The notes: generated by a model not told the origin, from the letters alone. Shown: positions 1-9,201, numbered from the stretch's first letter. The stretch is DNA of 42,332 bases from a candidate division TA06 bacterium JGI_Cruoil_03_38_101 (GCA_002215665.1 NGFL01000001.1:81264-123595), one strand, 5' to 3'. A program made the numbers and translations.

Positions 1-267
1 GGAATCTCTTGTAGAGGTAATTGATGCATCTTCCATACATCGTAGGAATTCATAATCTTGGTTTATTTCCAGTTTGTAAGGAACACCAGCACTTGTTGCA
101 TAACGATTTGTCCTCTCGTAAAAAGCTCTCACATTATTCATTGTCTTTTTCAAAAGTGTCTTCTTAAATAATTTTGGGAATGAATATATCCCCATTCCAG
201 CAAGGACTCCAATTATAACAATTACAACCAACAATTCTATTATAGTAAAACCTTTATTCTTTTTCAT
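1..267 (-). CDS. Prepilin-type N-terminal cleavage/methylation domain protein (type IV pilin/pseudopilin), runs off the window start
   Basis: Not in the ORF track. Hand translation from ATG 267: MKKNKG|FTIIELLVVIVIIGVLAGMGIYSFPKLF..., a class III signal (G|F-x-x-x-E) followed by a hydrophobic helix. GGGAGG SD upstream. Confidence 0.9.
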   Translation of the reverse strand, partial: MKKNKGFTIIELLVVIVIIGVLAGMGIYSFPKLFKKTLLKKTMNNVRAFYERTNRYATSAGVPYKLEINQDYEFLRCMEDASITSTRDS

Positions 268-286
268 TCAAACCTCCCTTTATTAT

Positions 287-303
287 ATACAAATTTTATG
301 CCA
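287..303 (-). promoter_or_regulatory. Putative sigma-54 (-24/-12) promoter of the pilin gene
   Basis: Minus strand TGGCATAAAATTTGTAT is GG-N10-GT against consensus TGGCAC-N5-TTGC. IHF-like AATCAACAAGATA at 309-321. rpoN is in the window. Confidence 0.6.
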
Positions 304-420
304 AAAACTATCTTGTTGATTTTAAAGAAGTTACATTTTGAAAACTGTGTAATTTGTTTCATTGGTGTGTAACTTAGTTCCCATTCTTTTTTGTTTTGTA
401 GAGTTATTCTCTCTTGGATT

Positions 421-1914
421 TTATTGCTTTGAAGCAAATTCTACTCTGTTTCCTCCATTATTCTTTGCTCTATAACAGGCATTATCTGCATTATGGACTA
501 ACTTTGTTAGGTCATTACCATCTTGAGGGAATACAGCGATCCCAACAGAAATTGTCAGATCGGGGAGATCTTTATTCTGCCCCACTACCTTGACCAAACG
601 CTCTGCAACTTCTCTTGCAGTAGAGGTCCCGGTCTTATATAAAACCGAGATAAATTCATCCCCTCCATATCTACCGAACTCATCTCCTTTCCTGAGAGTT
701 TTTCTTATAATTTTAGAGAATGTTTTTAGAGCTTTATCGCCCTGTGGATGGCCAAAATTATCGTTAAATTCCTTGAAATGATCCAAGTCGAGGAAGAGAA
801 TGGAGAATTTCTCCTTATACCGTTTTGCCCTTGAAATTTCCTTCTGGATTTCTTCTTCAAGAATCCTCCTGTTTACAGCACCCGTTAGAGGATCTTCCCT
901 TGATAATCTTTTTGTCTCCTCAAACAATTCGGAACTTTCTATAGACATTGCAATTTGCGCTCCTAAGGTGATCAATAAATCCCTCGTAGACTTTGGAAAA
1001 TCATCTACCTTCGAACTTTCAATATCAAGCACTCCTATTATTCTGTCCTCGATTTTTAAGGGAATAGAAAATTCTGATTTTGCTTTGATCGAACCGGGTA
1101 TATAGAAGGGTTCCTTTGAAACATCAGGAGCATAGTAAGGTTCTCCAGAGGCTGCAACCTTCCCAACTATCCCCTCTTCCCCAATTTTTAATCTGAGACC
1201 CATAAACTCTTTAGCTAATTCTACATTATATTCAAGAGTGACAAACTCACCTCCTTCTTCAACAATGAAAAGAGCTATGAGCTCATATCCAAAATGAGTT
1301 GTTATTTGCTTGAATATTTGTTTGCTCAATTCATCAAGGTTAAGGTTTGATACCATTGTTCGACTTATCTCAGAGGATATCCTCAAATTATTCGTTGTTC
1401 TATTTAGTTCATTAGTGAGTCTTACATTTAACAGGATAATTCCGAAAACATTTGAGAAAGTTTTTATCAATTCCTTAATCTTCTCAAGTTCACTAGGTCT
1501 TTCATTGTAATAAGCGACATAAAGTATCCCCTCAACCTCTCTTCTTGATATTATAGGGACAGCAATTGCAGACTTCCACTTTCTTCTTTGAATAACAGGA
1601 TTTAGCGTCGAAAGTTCGGTGAGGTCTTCCACCTCTACTATATCCTTTTTTCTAATGACCTCGCCAGATATACCTGTTGACAATCTTGCTTTACTTTGGT
1701 GGGTAGTAAATTCTTTTTCTTCAGGATAATAATCATAGGTAATTTTCTCTGGATTGTTCTTAAGGAGAAGGAGAGAAGAATAATCAGCATTAGTAATTTT
1801 GGTAGCTGTCATGAGCACTTTTCTAATTATCTCTTCTTGCTTACTTAAAAGCGAGGCATCATTTAGAAATTGTGTTATCAATTTAAAGATTTTTTTATCC
1901 TCGTTAAATTTCAT
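421..1914 (-). CDS. GAF-GAF-GGDEF diguanylate cyclase
   Basis: Two GAF-like domains. DPLTG, DLDHFKEFND, RYGGDEF active site and RxxD I-site (RKGD) present. Confidence 0.92.
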   Translation of the reverse strand: MKFNEDKKIFKLITQFLNDASLLSKQEEIIRKVLMTATKITNADYSSLLLLKNNPEKITYDYYPEEKEFTTHQSKARLSTGISGEVIRKKDIVEVEDLTELSTLNPVIQRRKWKSAIAVPIISRREVEGILYVAYYNERPSELEKIKELIKTFSNVFGIILLNVRLTNELNRTTNNLRISSEISRTMVSNLNLDELSKQIFKQITTHFGYELIALFIVEEGGEFVTLEYNVELAKEFMGLRLKIGEEGIVGKVAASGEPYYAPDVSKEPFYIPGSIKAKSEFSIPLKIEDRIIGVLDIESSKVDDFPKSTRDLLITLGAQIAMSIESSELFEETKRLSREDPLTGAVNRRILEEEIQKEISRAKRYKEKFSILFLDLDHFKEFNDNFGHPQGDKALKTFSKIIRKTLRKGDEFGRYGGDEFISVLYKTGTSTAREVAERLVKVVGQNKDLPDLTISVGIAVFPQDGNDLTKLVHNADNACYRAKNNGGNRVEFASKQ

Positions 1915-1920
1915 AATAAA

Positions 1921-1948
1921 AGATTATCCTTAATGCGATATATGTCAA
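1921..1948 (-). promoter_or_regulatory. Sigma-70-type promoter, leaderless geometry
   Basis: TTGACA(1948-1943)-N16-TAATCT(1926-1921)-N6-ATG(1914). Confidence 0.65.
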
Positions 1949-1973
1949 GGCTTGGCAAGAACAACACCTGTTA

Positions 1974-2001
1974 TTGACAAAATCTTCTAAGCATTTAACA
2001 T
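1974..2001 (+). promoter_or_regulatory. Sigma-70-type promoter, leaderless geometry
   Basis: TTGACA(1974-1979)-N16-TAACAT(1996-2001)-N6-ATG(2008). Confidence 0.7.
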
Positions 2002-2007
2002 TAAATT

Positions 2008-3651
2008 ATGATTCTATTTCTTCTTAAAACAAGGATAAAAAGGGCTATTAAATCTATTTCCTCGATGAAAAAATCCAATTTTCTTACCTATTCCCTTGTC
2101 ATTGTAGTATTCTTCTTAGGAGGTTATTACTTCTTTTATCGTTTGTTCGGCTTCCTCTCCCCTATTGAACTAATAGGAACTATCATTGCAGATAAACTTA
2201 TCTCATATTCATTCTTTATTTTTTTATTACTACTTCTTATGAGTAATGGGATAACCGCCCTTTCAACCCTCTATCATTCAGAAGAACTCGATTACCTGCA
2301 TTCAACACCTCTGAAGCCTTTTAACATATTTACCTTGAAATTGATTGAAACAGCGTTCTATTCCTCTTGGGCTACTCTTATAGGAGCTTTGCCCCTTGTC
2401 CTCTCTTACCTTGTCGTTTTTACCTCTTCTACTTCGAAAATAATCCTTATTCTCATTCCTCTATTGGCTTTTATCTCCATTCCTGCCGGCTTTGGAGTTT
2501 CTATTATTATCCTTCTGAAGAGGATGAGACCTCGCTTTACTGTAAAACAACTGGCGGTTGTTCTTGGGGCTTTGTCAATTTTTGTTATCTATATTTATAT
2601 AAAGACGACTCCATACAATTTTAATGTGCCAAACACCCTGAATCTTGAAGCAATTAACCAATTTGTCCAGGGTCTTCGGGTTTCAAATCCCTATTTCCCA
2701 AACGAATGGTTTTACAAGTCTGCCTCAGGTCTTACAAATAACAATATGGAATTGTATGGAAGGAATACTGTATTACTCTTATCTGCCGGTCTAATTTCTA
2801 TATCCCTTGTCTTCCTCCTTGCAAACCTATTTTACAAAGTGACCTGGACCTCATCAGGAACTAATTCGCAACCTTCATTAATACATAAAAGGCCTTTATT
2901 CAATAGATTGCCTAAGTTTCTCAATCTCCTTCAGAAAGATCTTAAGGTATTTTTGAGGTCACCTCTTCAATGGTCTCAACTTTTGATTATAGGAGTCCTT
3001 CTTATAATCTATACTTTCTCGCTTCGGAGGACACCTCTTTATGTCAGGGATCCCTTCTGGCTTTCAGCTCTTGCTCTTATTAACACTGGCTTTATCGGGT
3101 ATATCACTGCGACTCTTTCTCTTCGTTTTGTATATCCTCAAATTAGCTTGGAAGGGAAGACCTGGTGGATTCTCAGGTCTTCGCCCTTATCCGGGAGATT
3201 AATACTCAGTTCAAAGGGGTTCTTTTTTCTCTTTGTAAATCTTATAATTGCAGAATTAGTAGTAACCTCTTCAAACATAATACTTGTTAAATACTGGCTG
3301 GTTGTTTTTCTCTCATCTATTTTAGCTGCGATTTTTTCAATTGTATCAGTCTTTTTAGCTATTTCCTTTGGGATCATCTTCGCCGATTTTTCCGAGACCA
3401 ATCCAGCTAAAATAGCCTCAGGGGCGGGAGGGCTTCTTACAGCAGCTCTAAACCTTATATATATCGCTTTTTCAATCCTATTCTTCGGAAGTCCAATCTC
3501 TACCTATATTAGAGGTAGATTGCAGGGAAACCCGGTTGAGATTCGTAATTCCCTCATTTTATCTTGTTTTTTGTTTTTGCTTCTAACTGCGATTATTGTG
3601 GCTGTACCGCTAAAACTTGCAAAAAGGAGAATAAATGAAATCGAAGCCTGA
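2008..3651 (+). CDS. Putative ABC-2-type exporter permease (about 12 TM, two internal halves)
   Basis: Many hydrophobic segments. ELDYLHSTPL and SLEGKTWWILRSSPL motifs typical of ABC-2 permeases. Confidence 0.75.
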   Translation: MILFLLKTRIKRAIKSISSMKKSNFLTYSLVIVVFFLGGYYFFYRLFGFLSPIELIGTIIADKLISYSFFIFLLLLLMSNGITALSTLYHSEELDYLHSTPLKPFNIFTLKLIETAFYSSWATLIGALPLVLSYLVVFTSSTSKIILILIPLLAFISIPAGFGVSIIILLKRMRPRFTVKQLAVVLGALSIFVIYIYIKTTPYNFNVPNTLNLEAINQFVQGLRVSNPYFPNEWFYKSASGLTNNNMELYGRNTVLLLSAGLISISLVFLLANLFYKVTWTSSGTNSQPSLIHKRPLFNRLPKFLNLLQKDLKVFLRSPLQWSQLLIIGVLLIIYTFSLRRTPLYVRDPFWLSALALINTGFIGYITATLSLRFVYPQISLEGKTWWILRSSPLSGRLILSSKGFFFLFVNLIIAELVVTSSNIILVKYWLVVFLSSILAAIFSIVSVFLAISFGIIFADFSETNPAKIASGAGGLLTAALNLIYIAFSILFFGSPISTYIRGRLQGNPVEIRNSLILSCFLFLLLTAIIVAVPLKLAKRRINEIEA

Positions 3652-3668
3652 GAGGTGAGTTATTTTAC

Positions 3669-3696
3669 TTGACAAGACCAACAGAGGTTCTATAAT
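3669..3696 (+). promoter_or_regulatory. Sigma-70-type promoter
   Basis: Perfect TTGACA(3669-3674)-N16-TATAAT(3691-3696), followed by AAGGAGG SD. Confidence 0.8.
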
Positions 3697-3713
3697 TCGT
3701 GAAAGGAGGTTTT

Positions 3714-4226
3714 ATGGAAATTGAGTTTGAATCTCTTAAACTTATTTCGGATGGAAAAATCAGAGATAAAACAAGAACCGTATGGGAAAGAGCTATCAAG
3801 GAGGGAGATTGGAATGATATTTCCGATATACCTTTTACCCTCCTTATTGAAACAAAAAAGACGCTCCTTGATCACACAAACACTGTCACCGAAATGAGCA
3901 TTGGCGTTGGGAAGGCAAGGGGTGATATTGATTTTGATATATTAATATCCGGAGCCATCCTGCACGATGTGGGAAAACTCCTTGAATATGAAAGGAAGGA
4001 TGGTAAAATTATTAAGAGCGAATACGGGAAAAGGATTAGACATCCCATAATAGGGGCAATGCTTGCCAGGGAAGCGAGTTTGCCACTTTCGATTCAGCAT
4101 ATCATTTTAGCTCATTCAGTAGAAGGTGAAAAACTAATTAGAATTCCGGAAGCAATCATTGTCCATCACTGTGATTATATTGATTTTTATATAGAAAAGT
4201 TAAAGACAGCGGTCATTAACAGTTAA
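3714..4226 (+). CDS. HD-domain metal-dependent phosphohydrolase
   Basis: H...ILHDVGK...RHP...AHS...HHCD motifs. Start moved to ATG 3714 behind the AAGGAGG SD. Confidence 0.85.
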   Translation: MEIEFESLKLISDGKIRDKTRTVWERAIKEGDWNDISDIPFTLLIETKKTLLDHTNTVTEMSIGVGKARGDIDFDILISGAILHDVGKLLEYERKDGKIIKSEYGKRIRHPIIGAMLAREASLPLSIQHIILAHSVEGEKLIRIPEAIIVHHCDYIDFYIEKLKTAVINS

Positions 4227-4227
4227 A

Positions 4228-5025
4228 TCAGAATACACTTATATTCACAAATTTACCGGGGTCCTTTCGAATTTCTGCAAGTAGAGTATCAAGATTGGAG
4301 GAGGTACTGACTAAATTATTATAGAGTTCTTCATCATATATAAGTTTTCCAATAGTTCCTTTCCTACTATTTATCTGGTTTAAGGTATTTTTTGCTTCTT
4401 CAATGGTTAAGGATAACTCATTCATTATATCTTTTGAATCTTCCAGGCTCTCACCCCCTCTGGCTATTACCCTTTTAATTCCCGCTCTATTTTCCTTTAA
4501 CAACATTTCCACTTCGCTTAGGGTAACCTGAAAATTCTTTAATACGCCTGTACCACCAGATACTCCACCTTTCAAAATTTCAATCAGTTCTTCTACTTTG
4601 GTTACAATAGCTCCAATCTCAACGGTTGAAAGGCCAAGATTTGGTTGACCTATGAGTGTCCTGGATAAATCTAAGGGCTCATCAGCTATCCCTGGATCCA
4701 TAACTACTGTTTTTGTTCCAGATATCATTGCAACATCCTGGATTGAAGCAGTGGCATCTTTTTTTAGTTTAACGCTATTTTCTAGCCACACTCTTACCAG
4801 GACACCCCCCTTCTGCATCTTCATATCAACAACCTTTCCCTTTTTAATTCCGTATATCCTCACCGGATCATTTATCGTTAACCCACTTACATCATTATAA
4901 AAGATATTTAAACAGTAGCCCTCCTTCCCGACATTGAACCTGAGTAGCCAAAGTTGTCCAATTACGAAGAGGGCTAAAATAATAGTAATAAAAATTCCCA
5001 CTTTTACTGTCTTTGACCGATTCAT
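4228..5025 (-). CDS. mlaD: MlaD/MCE family protein
   Basis: N-terminal TM (VKVGIF), MCE motif VSGLTINDPVRIYGIKKGKV, GTIGKLIYDEELY tail. ATG 5025 has a GGAGG SD. Confidence 0.88.
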   Translation of the reverse strand: MNRSKTVKVGIFITIILALFVIGQLWLLRFNVGKEGYCLNIFYNDVSGLTINDPVRIYGIKKGKVVDMKMQKGGVLVRVWLENSVKLKKDATASIQDVAMISGTKTVVMDPGIADEPLDLSRTLIGQPNLGLSTVEIGAIVTKVEELIEILKGGVSGGTGVLKNFQVTLSEVEMLLKENRAGIKRVIARGGESLEDSKDIMNELSLTIEEAKNTLNQINSRKGTIGKLIYDEELYNNLVSTSSNLDTLLAEIRKDPGKFVNISVF

Positions 5026-5035
5026 AAAAAACCTC

Positions 5036-5797
5036 CTATCTAAAAACCAATCTTGATACAATTAAATCGAGGAACAGAACAAGAATTGTGGATGAGATAA
5101 CTGCCTTAGTCGTTGCCTCTCCAACTCCCTCTGCCCCCCCTTCAGCTTTAAGTCCATAGTAACAACCCATTAAGGTAAGAGCAAAACCAAATGTTATTGA
5201 TTTTATCAAACCTCCATAGAGGTTAGTTGGGATGTAATTTAGACGAACACCTCTCCAGTAAACAGCGGTTGTGATATTCAAACTGGAGATTGAGAGAATC
5301 CATCCACCAACTATTCCAGTAATTTCTGATACAATAGTAAGGAGTGGAAGAACTACAATTCCAGCAAAGATGCGGGGAACCACCAAATGCTCTATAGGAT
5401 TTATTGCAAAAGCCTCAAGGGCATCGATCTGTTCGGTCACTTTCATTGAACCCAATTCAGCTGCAATAGAGGATGAAACTCTCCCTGCTATTATCAGACC
5501 AATAAGAACTGGTCCAAGTTCTATAAACATCGCTTTAGTAACAGCCATTCCAACATAAACATCAGGCATATAATTCGCCGCCTGATAATTTGCTTCAAAA
5601 GCTATGACCATTCCTGTAAAAAGTGAAGTAAATAACACTAAAGATAGAGATTCTATCGCCTGGAAATATATCTGTCCAAGAGAGAGGTCAAACTTCCGAT
5701 AAATTCCTCTTATATTAATAAGAACTTGCCAGATTAATAAGCCCACAGAGCCTATATATTCCATAGCAGCTAAATTTTTTTTCTTTAGAGTTAACAT
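5036..5797 (-). CDS. mlaE: MlaE family ABC permease
   Basis: ELGPVL...AGRVSSSIAAELGSMKVTEQIDAL and GGAEGVGEATT motifs. Confidence 0.93.
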   Translation of the reverse strand: MLTLKKKNLAAMEYIGSVGLLIWQVLINIRGIYRKFDLSLGQIYFQAIESLSLVLFTSLFTGMVIAFEANYQAANYMPDVYVGMAVTKAMFIELGPVLIGLIIAGRVSSSIAAELGSMKVTEQIDALEAFAINPIEHLVVPRIFAGIVVLPLLTIVSEITGIVGGWILSISSLNITTAVYWRGVRLNYIPTNLYGGLIKSITFGFALTLMGCYYGLKAEGGAEGVGEATTKAVISSTILVLFLDLIVSRLVFR

Positions 5798-5803
5798 AGA
5801 ATG

Positions 5804-5831
5804 AATCTATTTAAAAAGTAAATTATGTCAA
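5804..5831 (-). promoter_or_regulatory. Sigma-70-type promoter, leaderless geometry
   Basis: TTGACA(5831-5826)-N16-TAGATT(5809-5804)-N6-ATG(5797). Confidence 0.7.
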
Positions 5832-5843
5832 GAAGCTTTTTTC

Positions 5844-6617
5844 TCATGAATCTTTCATTTTTTCTTGAACAAAGTCAAGCAAGAATTTATGTATAAGAGG
5901 TGTTCCTGCTACAATGTTGCCTCTAAGGATATCATCTCCCCCATCTTCATCGGTAATTACAGCCCCTGCTTCTTCCACCAAGAGCCAACCTCCTGCCACA
6001 TCCCAGGGAGATAAGCCAAATTCTATATCGCCATCAATTCTTCCACTAGCGATGTTTGATAGCTGGAGAGCTGCAGAACCAAAGATCCGTAAAGAATTAA
6101 CCTCCATTATAAGTTCCTTTAATCCATCCATAAATTTTTTCCGTCTGTGGTAAGCGAGTGGTGGAAAACCTAAAGAAATAAGGGATTTTTCAGGTTCTTT
6201 AATATTAGAATATTTTATTGGGGCATCGTTGAGAAAAGCGCCTTTACCCCTCTTTGCTTTAAACAATTCATCTTTAATGGGATCGTAGATTACACTCAAC
6301 AGGATTCTTGAATTCTCTTCATAGGCAATTGATACGCAGAAGTAGGGAATTCCATGCATAAAATTATGAGTTCCATCAAGGGGATCAATAAGAAACCTTC
6401 CCTTTCCAGAAATTTTCGTTCCCTCTTCAGCATAAATACCTATTCCTGGAAAACTTTTTTGTAACCCCTCTACCAAGAATGCTTCTGATTCAGTATCCGT
6501 CTTTGTAACATAATGGCTAGGGCTCTTTATCTTTATCTCACCTTCCTTAAGTTTCCTGAAAGAACTCCGAATCAAATCTCCCGATTTTCTTGCGAGTTCT
6601 ATTAATTTATCTAGAAT
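5844..6617 (-). CDS. suhB: Inositol monophosphatase family protein (SuhB-like), probable AUU start
   Basis: EE...IDPLDGTHNF and WDVAGG motifs. The frame stays open upstream of TTG 6575 (ILDKLIELARKSGDL, the conserved first helix) to ATT 6617, behind AAGGAGG. Confidence 0.85.
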   Translation of the reverse strand: MLDKLIELARKSGDLIRSSFRKLKEGEIKIKSPSHYVTKTDTESEAFLVEGLQKSFPGIGIYAEEGTKISGKGRFLIDPLDGTHNFMHGIPYFCVSIAYEENSRILLSVIYDPIKDELFKAKRGKGAFLNDAPIKYSNIKEPEKSLISLGFPPLAYHRRKKFMDGLKELIMEVNSLRIFGSAALQLSNIASGRIDGDIEFGLSPWDVAGGWLLVEEAGAVITDEDGGDDILRGNIVAGTPLIHKFLLDFVQEKMKDS

Positions 6618-6637
6618 GTATCCTCCTTATCTAAAAT

Positions 6638-7513
6638 CTATGCCCTGGGATGGGCTTTTTTGTATTCTTCCTTAAGTTTCTCAATACTCATATGGGTGTA
6701 AATCTGGGTGGTAGACAAAGACTCATGCCCCAATAATTCCTGGACAGCCCTGAGATTTGCACCTCTGTTTAAAAGGTGCGTTGCAAAGGTGTGCCGCAAG
6801 GTATGCGGGCTCATCCGATGTAGAGTTGTAACTGAAGAAATGGCCCTTTTTACAATCCTCTGGAGATCCCTCTGCCCCAGTCTTTTCCCGGATTTACTGA
6901 GGAAGAATGGACCATCTTTATAACCACGGACTTCAGATAAGTATCTCCCAAGCCACTTAGAAGCCATTCTTCCGATGGGAAGTATTCTCTCCTTTTTTCC
7001 TTTTCCATAAACCCTGAGTAATTTACTCTTGAGGTCTACCATAGAAAGGTTCAGATTGGTTAGTTCGGAAGCTCGGATACCAGTGCCGTAGAGAAGCTCA
7101 ATTATTGCTCTATTTCTTATATCAAGATCTTTATCTTCAGGGATAGAATCAAAAATTTTCTCCATCTCCTCTTCTGAAAGGAAGGAAGGAATAAAGACTT
7201 CTGTTTTTGGGGTTTTTATTGAAATTGAAGGATTTCTCTTTAAAACCTTATTTCTAACAAGAAATCGGCAGAAAGATTTTATAGCGGATAGTTTCCTGGC
7301 AACAGAAGATCTTTTATAACCATAGGAAAGGAGTTCTCCCATAAAACCTCTAATATCCTTTTTTTCAATCTCAGTTAAATCATCCTTGCCTATTTTTTCA
7401 AGGAAACTTTTGAATTCTTCAAGATCTGTTTTATAACTCCTTATCGTCAAATCAGAATATTCTCTTCTCACCCGTTCTTCAAGGAATAAATCGATTTTTT
7501 CTTCTATATTCAC
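6638..7513 (-). CDS. xerC: XerC/XerD-family tyrosine recombinase
   Basis: SAM-like N-domain. RNRAIIELLYGTGIR, GKGKKER, HTLRHTFATHLL, LLGHESLSTTQIY (R-K-H-R-H-Y). Confidence 0.9.
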   Translation of the reverse strand: MNIEEKIDLFLEERVRREYSDLTIRSYKTDLEEFKSFLEKIGKDDLTEIEKKDIRGFMGELLSYGYKRSSVARKLSAIKSFCRFLVRNKVLKRNPSISIKTPKTEVFIPSFLSEEEMEKIFDSIPEDKDLDIRNRAIIELLYGTGIRASELTNLNLSMVDLKSKLLRVYGKGKKERILPIGRMASKWLGRYLSEVRGYKDGPFFLSKSGKRLGQRDLQRIVKRAISSVTTLHRMSPHTLRHTFATHLLNRGANLRAVQELLGHESLSTTQIYTHMSIEKLKEEYKKAHPRA

Positions 7514-8721
7514 GTCTTCAACTTCCTTTTTTCTGCAGCAGGAAGGAGAACATTATTCAATATTAGACGATAACCCGGGGAATTTTTATAGAATTCAAGA
7601 TAGGTTGGAGGATCACCTACGAAATGTGCATAATCTTCTGGATCATGACCTCCAAGGAAAGAAAAACTGCCTTTACCGAATTTTCCGTATAAATACTTAA
7701 CTTCTTCAGTCTTAGGGACATCCCCTAAAATAACTATATTATCCTTTAATTTACTTCGCTTAAAGCCTGTATCTTGCCCAAGAAACTCCTTTATTTGTTT
7801 CCTATGATTCTGTGTGAGGATTGCAGGAATGAGATCTCGTTTTGCCATGAAAGTTCGTATTTGAAAACGGCTTCCCTCACCTCTCTTTGCTGCAAACTGC
7901 GTTATATCTACATCTGAATGCTCATAAATGCTTAAGGAGATTATAAGGTTTATATCTTTAAGAAATAGAGTGTTTTTATAATTTCCCTTCTTCCACCATT
8001 CCCTGTCAATACCATCCTTGTCTATCTGCACTGGGACGATATCTACATCATAATAAGCAAGAGCGATATCAAGGGTGATTGGTGCAGAACACATAGCGAA
8101 GAGGAACCCTCCATCACCAACAAATTCTCTAATCTTCCTTGCCACCTCATGTTTCATCTCCCATACTTTTTTGTAGCCAAGTCTTTTTGCCATTCTCTTA
8201 TTAAGTTGCACTTCTTCTCTGTACCATTTTGCATTAGCATAATGATAATAGAATTTGCCGTATTGTCCTGTAAAATCCTCGTGGTGCAGATGTAGCCAGT
8301 CATAATTGGATAGTTCACCTCTAAGGATATCTTCATCCCATACTCTGGTGTATGGAATCTCAGCATATTCAAGGGCGAGAGTTACAGCATCATCCCAAGG
8401 TCCTTCAAATTCAGGGATGTACACAGCAATTTTTGGAGCCTTCTCTAATCTCACTCTCTCCATATTTTGCCTTTCTACTACAGCATAAATATTATTTACC
8501 ATGTCCTCATCGATTGATATTGTCAGAATACCCCTCTCATCTGCTTCCTTTTTTATCCCTTTAAGTTCCGGGAGGAGAAAACTACCTCCTCGATAATTCA
8601 GGAGCCATTCGGCGTTGAATCCCTGACTCAGAACCCAATAGGTAAGGCCATAAACTTTCAGGTGATCCGTTTGCTCTGCATCCATTGGAATGAGTAACAT
8701 TGCTATAATGAGGAACATCAT
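7510..8721 (-). CDS. Conserved class I glutamine-amidotransferase-like protein of unknown function
   Basis: LIPMD..Q.DHLKVYG, HLHHEDFTGQYGKF, nucleophile-elbow GGFLFAMCSA, GGHDPEDY. Start placed at ATG 8721 by the promoter. Confidence 0.7.
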   Translation of the reverse strand: MMFLIIAMLLIPMDAEQTDHLKVYGLTYWVLSQGFNAEWLLNYRGGSFLLPELKGIKKEADERGILTISIDEDMVNNIYAVVERQNMERVRLEKAPKIAVYIPEFEGPWDDAVTLALEYAEIPYTRVWDEDILRGELSNYDWLHLHHEDFTGQYGKFYYHYANAKWYREEVQLNKRMAKRLGYKKVWEMKHEVARKIREFVGDGGFLFAMCSAPITLDIALAYYDVDIVPVQIDKDGIDREWWKKGNYKNTLFLKDINLIISLSIYEHSDVDITQFAAKRGEGSRFQIRTFMAKRDLIPAILTQNHRKQIKEFLGQDTGFKRSKLKDNIVILGDVPKTEEVKYLYGKFGKGSFSFLGGHDPEDYAHFVGDPPTYLEFYKNSPGYRLILNNVLLPAAEKRKLKT

Positions 8722-8728
8722 CTTTAAG

Positions 8729-8756
8729 AAAGTATTCCAGCTATGGATTTTGTCAA
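8729..8756 (-). promoter_or_regulatory. Sigma-70-type promoter, leaderless geometry
   Basis: TTGACA(8756-8751)-N16-TACTTT(8734-8729)-N7-ATG(8721). Confidence 0.6.
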
Positions 8757-8815
8757 CCACTTTTAGAAATATAACAGATTCAGAGTATCTTGGGTAGGGT
8801 TTCTGTTATAGGGGC

Positions 8816-8843
8816 TTGACTTATCTATCCAAAGTATTAAAAT
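8816..8843 (+). promoter_or_regulatory. tmRNA promoter
   Basis: TTGACT(8816-8821)-N16-TAAAAT(8838-8843), 9 nt before the mature 5' end. Confidence 0.7.
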
Positions 8844-8852
8844 AAAAAATGA

Positions 8853-9201
8853 GGGGGCGAAATGGATTTCGACGGGATGGTTTTGGATTGGAGGCTGCAT
8901 GTCGAGTTGCCATAACTCGTAAAACTGTGGTGCTAATTTAAATGGCAACGTAAATTTTGCCTTGGCAGCTTAAATAAGCTGTCCGTCCTCCAGAGAGTCT
9001 TTCCTCTACTCTCTGGAAGGGTGTCATAGAAGAGGGATAGTCTGTAATCCTTGCCAGAGGATTGCAGATGAAAAATTAACTGGCTTGGCTTTTCTTTCTC
9101 CTGTGATTGGGAGAAGATTAGCGAAAAAGAAAACAATCACTAAGCCTGTAGAAGCTTCCAAACATCCATTTCGGACGCGGGTTCGATTCCCGCCGCCTCC
9201 A
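8853..9201 (+). ncRNA. ssrA: tmRNA; tag (A)GNVNFALAA*
   Basis: 5' GGGGGCGAAATGGATTTCGAC. 3' T-arm GGTTCGATTCC plus CGCCTCCA acceptor with G3.U pair. Tag frame 8944-8973 ends ALAA-TAA. CCA not encoded. Confidence 0.96.

Noticed and set aside
6638-7513. Tyrosine recombinase as the integron integrase, or as an island integrase targeting tmRNA
   Set aside because: It is 291 aa, lacks the IntI-specific insertion before the HxxR motif, sits among core genes about 27 kb from the att sites, and I saw no duplicated tmRNA 3' end.
7510-8760. Asparagine synthetase label and GTG 8760 start
   Set aside because: No N-terminal Ntn Cys or SGGxDS loop is present. The GTG abuts the -35 box, so ATG 8721 fits better.
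8763-9136. Two minus-strand ORFs of 61 and 67 aa
   Set aside because: They are antisense to tmRNA and its promoter.
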